Part shown: one piece after another, positions 59,030 to 64,000 of the stretch
Position numbering within the stretch: position 1 is the first letter of the stretch
Layout: every line of letters begins with the position of its first letter
Source of the DNA: a virus
Reading direction: 5' to 3' (one strand)
DNA length: 64,000 bases
Virus record (IMG/VR): IMGVR_UViG_3300025098_000019
Location: 1-64,000 of that record
Position numbers and translations under genes: made by a program
Notes under the pieces: generated by a model
Told to the model about the DNA's origin: nothing
The model's database searches: none
What the model saw: only the letters and a program-made list of their open reading frames with translations

Positions 59030-59766
59030 TTAGAGTCGGTGCAAGAGGAAGTAAATTAGCTCTAGCATATGCTAGGAAAGCATGTGAGCAATTAGATTGC
59101 GAAACTGAAATTATTGAAATTACAACTCCAGGTGACATCGACACCGAAACTCCTATATACGAAATGGGAGGTAAAGGTGTATTTTGTAGTACAATTGAGC
59201 AAGAACTATTAAACGGTAATATTGACGTTGCTGTTCATAGTTTAAAAGATGTTCCTGGCCAAGAAACAGACGGATTAATAATTGCTGCAATGTTGCAACG
59301 AAACAGTCCTCATGATGTTCTTATTGGAAAAGTTAGTTATAATTGCACTATTGGAACTAGCAGTCCTAGACGTACTGCACAATTATTAGATCTTTACAAA
59401 GACTTGAGAATTAATATCAAACCTATTAGAGGAAATATAGATACTAGGTTAGAAAAACTTGACAATGGCGAGTATGATGCTATAATACTAGCAGAAGCTG
59501 GGCTTCAAGCACTTAATATATCAAGACCAACAGTTAAGGTACCAACTATTCCTGCTGTAGGACAAGGTATTATTGCTTTGCAGACTAGACAGGACGACGA
59601 AGAAACAATAAAAATAGTTAAACAGGCAAATCACGATAAAACATTTAAACAGGCAACAATTGAAAGAGCATTTTTAAAAGGCATAGACGGAGACTGTCAT
59701 ACAAAAATAGCAGCTCACGCAACTGGATCAAATCCAATTACACTTAAAGCAATGTATTATGAATGA
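59026..59766 (+). CDS. hemC: Hydroxymethylbilane synthase (porphobilinogen deaminase), compact form
   Basis: RVGARGSKLAL, GGKGVF, DVAVHSLKDVP, IGTSSPRR, IRGNIDTRL, ILAEAGL, PAVGQG, ERAFL...GDC (cofactor Cys). Confidence 0.93.
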   Translation: MIRVGARGSKLALAYARKACEQLDCETEIIEITTPGDIDTETPIYEMGGKGVFCSTIEQELLNGNIDVAVHSLKDVPGQETDGLIIAAMLQRNSPHDVLIGKVSYNCTIGTSSPRRTAQLLDLYKDLRINIKPIRGNIDTRLEKLDNGEYDAIILAEAGLQALNISRPTVKVPTIPAVGQGIIALQTRQDDEETIKIVKQANHDKTFKQATIERAFLKGIDGDCHTKIAAHATGSNPITLKAMYYE

Positions 59767-59971
59767 TGACATACACGACGAATTAGTACAAACGTACTTA
59801 AAATACTTTCGGGCAAATGAAAAATTTGCTAGACGTAATTCTGTTAGACTACATGCCGAGGTGCGAAGACATCTTAGAAATCTAAGAAAATTAGCCAAAA
59901 TAAGAATGGAAGAGATACACATATACCAGGCAGAAAACAAAGTAACCAGAAAAGACATAGATAAAAAATAG
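59759..59971 (+). CDS. Small basic helical protein, Hc1 (histone H1-like)-related
   Basis: 70 aa, Arg/Lys-rich: HDELV..Y..Y...NEKF......A.VRR.L..L.KLAK.R..EI. Confidence 0.55.
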   Translation: MNDDIHDELVQTYLKYFRANEKFARRNSVRLHAEVRRHLRNLRKLAKIRMEEIHIYQAENKVTRKDIDKK

Positions 59972-59977
59972 GCACGG

Positions 59978-59983
59978 TAAGTA
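59978..59983 (+). promoter_or_regulatory. Possible late-promoter variant (TAAGTA), leaderless
   Basis: One mismatch to TAAATA, 5 nt before the ATG at 59989; no RBS. Confidence 0.3.
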
Positions 59984-59988
59984 AGTTC

Positions 59989-60438
59989 ATGCAGTGGACT
60001 TATGAAGGCAAAATTATAGACAATATACCAGACGAATACGAAGGTTTTGTTTATATCATTACAAACACCACTACAGATCAAAAATACATAGGCAAAAAAC
60101 TAGCAAAGTTTAAAACTACTAAGCCACCACTTAAAGGCAAGAAAAATAAAAGACGCGGTTACAAAGAAAGCGACTGGAGAACATACTACGGTAGTTCTGA
60201 TAGATTAAACGCAGATGTAGCCGAGCTAGGCGAAGACAAGTTTACAAGAGAAATATTATACCTATGTAAAGGTAGGGGCGAAATGTCCTATATAGAGGCA
60301 CGAGAGCAGTTTGACAGGCGAGTACTTGAAACTGATGATTACTATAATGGTATCATTAATGTTAGAGTAGGCGGATCAGACAAACTTAAACAGGCATTGC
60401 TAGAACATCACATCAAGGCAAAACATTCCAACACCTAA
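59989..60438 (+). CDS. Small stand-alone GIY-YIG nuclease
   Basis: GFVYIITN...KYIGKK, YYGSS, F.REIL, catalytic-type E (YIEA), YYN. Confidence 0.82.
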   Translation: MQWTYEGKIIDNIPDEYEGFVYIITNTTTDQKYIGKKLAKFKTTKPPLKGKKNKRRGYKESDWRTYYGSSDRLNADVAELGEDKFTREILYLCKGRGEMSYIEAREQFDRRVLETDDYYNGIINVRVGGSDKLKQALLEHHIKAKHSNT

Positions 60439-60810
60439 GGTTGGCGGGCCAGATTAGAAATACCGCTGTGGAAAAAGCTCTCGTATAGAAGCACACGTAC
60501 ATATTGATTGACACACCAGAGTGTGGAAGCCACCAAACAAATTGGGCTCACTAGTTGATATAGATTGCATGTTGGCAGTCGAAAAACACAAACACAGTAC
60601 ATAAAAACTCTTTAGCAATAGGAACGAAGCGAGAGGTAGCTGGAAACAGCGATGTCGACGTAGGTTGGGAAAGGTCAGAGCCCATTGTACTTTGTGTATA
60701 AACAATTACCTACTTCCAATGTCTCGGCTGGTGCGACTCACATGAAGCGTATTTTGAGATTAGATGGGACCGTAACAGGTTCCGTCTGACTGAAACAATC
60801 TACATGAAAC
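60439..60810 (+). ncRNA. Putative large structured non-coding RNA (family not recognised)
   Basis: GC-enriched intergenic stretch with many hand-found helices containing G-U pairs and GNRA loops (e.g. GCUG-GAAA-CAGC 60639-50; AGAUGGGACC/GGUUCCGUCU 60762-87) and crossing long-range pairings. Confidence 0.65.
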
Positions 60811-60815
60811 TTAAA

Positions 60816-60935
60816 CATTATTACTTCGTAATAATGCATTCATCTTTATATTCATTTGTATCTATCTGATGTAATTACTTTAAACGAAGTGTTTAGTTTG
60901 AGCGTTAGCGATAACTTGTTTCGTGTAGCGAAACA
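60816..60935. repeat. Array of short inverted repeats (hairpins)
   Basis: CATTATTAC-TTC-GTAATAATG (60816-36), TAAAC-GAAGT-GTTTA (60881-95), AGTT.GA.GC-GTTA-GC.GA.AACT (60895-916), TGTTTCG-TGTAG-CGAAACA (60917-35). Confidence 0.75.
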
Positions 60936-60943
60936 TATAAATA
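60936..60943 (+). promoter_or_regulatory. T4-type late promoter TATAAATA
   Basis: Exact consensus, upstream of the AAGG RBS and ATG at 60974. Confidence 0.75.
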
Positions 60944-60973
60944 CAAGTAATAATTTTAAAGGTATACTCACAA

Positions 60974-61741
60974 ATGAAAATAAATGATATATTAAATGAA
61001 TCTGATGTTAAAGCTGATCCAAAGATAGTGGATAAATTTGCTGGCGTAAGTGATAGTCAAAGATCATACTACATATACCAATGGGCAAAAGAAAAAGGCA
61101 TTGACAGCGATGACGCAATGCAACTAGCTGGATATAAGCGTGGTAGTTATATGGGTGCAGGATCTTACATGTGGAACTATGCTCCAAACGAAAGCATTGA
61201 GGAAGCACCTGCAGGTATGTTAAAACAAGTAGGACGTAGACTTGGTGCTAAGGCCGCAGGCGCTATAGGCATGAAAGGCACCGCAGCAAAATTAGGCGGG
61301 GCTGCTGACGCAGGCAAAGCAGCAAATCAGTTAAAAGTTAAACTTCAAGGATACCTTGGTAAAACTGGCGGTAATATAAAGCAATTAGATGCTCAAGAAC
61401 TTTCTGCATTTTTAAAACAACAACAACTTCCAACTAACGCTGTACCTGCAAGTGGTATAATTGCACCAAAAGACGTTGATAAAGTTTTAATGAAAACTAT
61501 TCAAACAAGTAATAAAGCCGCAGGCGCACCTGCTGGCGATGCACCACAACAAGATGCACCACAACAAGCAGCAGGTGGCGGACAGCAACAAGCAGCAGCA
61601 CCACAAGCAAGTGCTCCACAAAAACAAGCAAGTGCTCCGCAACAACAGGCAGCAAGTGCAACAGGAATACCTGCAAATATACAAGCGCAGTTAGATTCGC
61701 TAACACCAACAGAGAAAAAAGTATTGGCAGGAGTTATATAA
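60974..61741 (+). CDS. Putative head-internal virion protein (Ala/Gln/Pro-rich)
   Basis: MKINDILNE N-terminus, I/L-x-E sites, late promoter, low-complexity linker. Confidence 0.6.
   Translation: MKINDILNESDVKADPKIVDKFAGVSDSQRSYYIYQWAKEKGIDSDDAMQLAGYKRGSYMGAGSYMWNYAPNESIEEAPAGMLKQVGRRLGAKAAGAIGMKGTAAKLGGAADAGKAANQLKVKLQGYLGKTGGNIKQLDAQELSAFLKQQQLPTNAVPASGIIAPKDVDKVLMKTIQTSNKAAGAPAGDAPQQDAPQQAAGGGQQQAAAPQASAPQKQASAPQQQAASATGIPANIQAQLDSLTPTEKKVLAGVI
61538..61650 (+). repeat. Short in-frame tandem repeats
   Basis: GATGCACCACAACAA x2 (61538-61567) and CAAGCAAGTGCTCC-based 21-mer x2. Confidence 0.7.
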
Positions 61742-64000
61742 TGAAATTAACCGAAGTTACATTATACGAAAATAAATCACACAGAATTTTAAAAGAAGGC
61801 TGGCAGGATCTTACTGAATCACAAAAACTTTATCAAGGAAGATTTGAAAAAGAACTTTGGCCATTAGTTGAACAATACACAAAACTAGCAGAAGCAGAAC
61901 TTTCTAGACAACAAGTATTAGATATCTTTAGTGGTGCTGAACAAGTTGCAATGGACAGTGGCGATAATAAAACAATCGCTGGTAAAGTAGGCGCAGGCGC
62001 AGCAGCAGCCGCAAAACTTCCTGTAGATATTGCTAAAAAAGTTGATGCAAAAATTAACGAACTAGGTAAACTAGCACAAAATGCAGGTCCTGTAAAAAAT
62101 GCAGATGCTAAGTTTGCACAACTTAAGAAAGATATTACTGCAAATAACAGTGACAGTAAAATTGTACAAGGTGTACAAAAGATAAGTGATTGGGCAAAAG
62201 CAAATCCTGGTAAAGCAAGTGTAGCTGTTGGTATTTTAACTACTATGGCAGCATTTGCAGGCGGTCCTGCGGGCGGCGCAGCAGCAGGTTTGGTACTACG
62301 TGCATCAAAAGATTTATTACAAGGCGAGGAGCTTTCAGCAGCAGTTGGCAAGTCAATCAAGACTGGTGTTTATGGTGCTCTTGCTGGCATGGCATTTAGT
62401 GAACTTACAGATAATATTGTTGATAACATTTCATCTGCACAAGGCGCAGAGCTTGAAGCAATGGAAGCAAGTTTGAAAGCTGAAAATCTTGCAACAGCAA
62501 AAGCTGACTTATTTGCAGACCTAGGAATGGAAGTTGATGTTCTAGACGGTGCAACTAGAATTGATATGAGTGGAAACTTAAATGGATTCTACTATTCATA
62601 TGACACAGTTATTCCACCAGACATGATGGGTCAATACGAAGCATTAAGTAATGCAGTAAGTAGTGCAGATACATTTAGTCCTGAACACTATGCAGCAGCA
62701 GCCAAGTTCCATGATTTTATGGGCGGATTAGTTGACGCTCCTGAAGCAAAGAATTTAACAGCAGCCTGGGACGCACTAAAAGAAATACCAAAAGAACAGT
62801 TAACTACTGCAAACCTTGATACACTTCTTGCTCAAGCAGAATCTAGTGGTGCAGTATTAACCGCATTAAATGATGCAGGCGGAGCAATAGCTGCGGCTGC
62901 TCAAGGTGCATTACAAACAGTTGACGATACTGCCAAAGATGCACATAAAGCAAAGCCAGTTGATCCAGAAATTAAGCAACAACTTGAACTAGATTTAAAA
63001 GGCGGAAGCAATGCAAAAGCAGAATCAATGTCAATGGAAGAACGCTTTGAATTGTATCTAGCAGAAGCAGATCCTGCACAAGGAGAATTGCCTTTAGATA
63101 ATCCTAATACAATGGGTGCAAAACTAAAGCGTGGAGCAGGAAAACTTGCAGGTAAAGCCGCAGGTGCAGTAAAAGGCGCAGCAAGTTCAGCAGCAGGTGC
63201 AGTAAAACAAGGTGCAAAAGATGTTGGTAATAAAGTTACTGCTAATAAACTTACAAAAACTTGGAAGTCAATGGGAGAACCAACTGACGCAGGAAGTATT
63301 GCTAATATTTTAGCAGATGCAGGTGTAAGTAATGACCAAATTGCACAAATAAGTAAAACTGCTAACGTAAAATTACAACCTACGCCAAAATCAACAGCAG
63401 CAGATCCTAAAGCAGCAGCAAAAGCAACTGCAACTGCAAAAGCAACTGCAAAAGATCCTAAAGCAGCAGCAGCAGAGCCTAAATCAGCAATTTCTAAAGG
63501 TGCTAATAAAGCAACTGCAACAAAGCCAATGAAAAAAGGTACTACAAAAGAAGTAGGCGGCAAAACTTATCGTTGGGAAGGCGCACTTTGGGTAGACACT
63601 GCAACAAATAAACCAGTGAGTGTTGCAAATGCAATGAAAATGGGATTAGGTAATCCTAAATTAGACCCAATTATATCAGCAGCGAAAAAAGATCCTGCAC
63701 TTGCTAAGTTAATTAAACAACAAATTACTTCTAAAGGTGTTAAAGCAGGTACTGCGCAAGCAGCAAAAGCAGCACAACCAGATGCTAAAAATAAAGTAGC
63801 TCCAAAAGCAGCTCCGGCAGCTAGTGTAGCACCAAAAGCAGCACCGACAGCTAATGTAGCACCAAAAGCAGCAGCAACTAAGAAGACAGCCGCAAAAGCA
63901 GCACCAGCAGCTAATGTAGCAACTGCAAAATCAGGTGGTAAACTTAAGAAAGCAGCAGGCGCAGTAAAAAGTGGTTATAAAAATTATAATAAAATGAGTG
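61741..64000 (+). CDS. Large Ala/Lys-rich putative head-internal/ejection protein, 3'-truncated (not in the ORF track)
   Basis: ATG overlaps the previous TAA (TAATG). MKLTEVTLYENKSHRILKEGWQDLTES... reads open to the window end (>750 aa), with a hydrophobic glycine-zipper segment and a PAK-rich tail. Confidence 0.8.
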   Translation, partial: MKLTEVTLYENKSHRILKEGWQDLTESQKLYQGRFEKELWPLVEQYTKLAEAELSRQQVLDIFSGAEQVAMDSGDNKTIAGKVGAGAAAAAKLPVDIAKKVDAKINELGKLAQNAGPVKNADAKFAQLKKDITANNSDSKIVQGVQKISDWAKANPGKASVAVGILTTMAAFAGGPAGGAAAGLVLRASKDLLQGEELSAAVGKSIKTGVYGALAGMAFSELTDNIVDNISSAQGAELEAMEASLKAENLATAKADLFADLGMEVDVLDGATRIDMSGNLNGFYYSYDTVIPPDMMGQYEALSNAVSSADTFSPEHYAAAAKFHDFMGGLVDAPEAKNLTAAWDALKEIPKEQLTTANLDTLLAQAESSGAVLTALNDAGGAIAAAAQGALQTVDDTAKDAHKAKPVDPEIKQQLELDLKGGSNAKAESMSMEERFELYLAEADPAQGELPLDNPNTMGAKLKRGAGKLAGKAAGAVKGAASSAAGAVKQGAKDVGNKVTANKLTKTWKSMGEPTDAGSIANILADAGVSNDQIAQISKTANVKLQPTPKSTAADPKAAAKATATAKATAKDPKAAAAEPKSAISKGANKATATKPMKKGTTKEVGGKTYRWEGALWVDTATNKPVSVANAMKMGLGNPKLDPIISAAKKDPALAKLIKQQITSKGVKAGTAQAAKAAQPDAKNKVAPKAAPAASVAPKAAPTANVAPKAAATKKTAAKAAPAANVATAKSGGKLKKAAGAVKSGYKNYNKMS
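63796..63925 (+). repeat. 30-bp degenerate coding tandem repeat (VAPKAAPAAS-like)
   Basis: GTAGCTCCAAAAGCAGCTCCGGCAGCTAGT / GTAGCACCAAAAGCAGCACCGACAGCTAAT / GTAGCACCAAAAGCAGCA... Confidence 0.7.

Noticed and set aside
60454-60705. 83-aa minus-strand ORF in the intergenic gap
   Set aside because: No recognisable motif, atypical composition, antisense to all neighbours; the plus-strand RNA structure explains the region better.
60439-60810. Group I intron, RNase P, tmRNA or tRNA identity for the structured region
   Set aside because: GUCAGAGCCCA resembles the group I R element, but its complement lies upstream rather than downstream and no interrupted host gene is evident. There are no GAGGAAAGUCC, tRNA-like ends or T-loop/CCA hallmarks.
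61833-63563. Minus-strand ORFs of 175 and 220 aa
   Set aside because: Shadows of the Ala-rich plus-strand ORF starting at 61741.
1-64000. CRISPR array, tRNA genes, stop-codon reassignment, inteins
   Set aside because: No repeat-spacer pattern or cloverleaf was found by eye. Genes are long and tightly packed under code 11, and no intein splice motifs were noticed. Dedicated scans were not run.

Overview
AT-rich (roughly one-third GC by eye), densely coding segment of a large T4-related (jumbo-type) myovirus genome, standard genetic code, probably from an aquatic metagenome (inference). From left to right: (1) 0-16.3 kb, a modification cluster with five radical SAM enzymes, a methyltransferase, a GDP-mannose-3,5-epimerase-like enzyme and about six glycosyltransferase-like proteins. 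(2) 16.3-54.3 kb, a minus-strand tail-fibre/baseplate module including a 5082-aa wedge protein, gp6, gp25, gp5 with a C-terminal lysozyme, a hub protein with an M15 peptidase, gp53 and a gp48/54-like protein. (3) 54.3-60.4 kb, plus strand: gp55 late sigma factor, gp47/gp46, hemE and hemC (tetrapyrrole genes translationally coupled to gp46), an Hc1-like protein and a small GIY-YIG nuclease. (4) 60.44-60.94 kb, a non-coding region that appears to encode a ~370-nt multi-helix, pseudoknotted RNA followed by a hairpin array. (5) Late-expressed putative head-internal proteins, the last running off the window and missing from the ORF track. Near-perfect sigma70 promoters and T4-type late (TAAATA) promoters can be read directly. 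The best candidates for undescribed biology are the GIY-YIG-linked structured RNA/hairpin locus, the radical-SAM/glycosylation cluster next to the tail genes, and the phage hemE-hemC pair. All assignments come from motif recognition only; no searches or folding programs were run.
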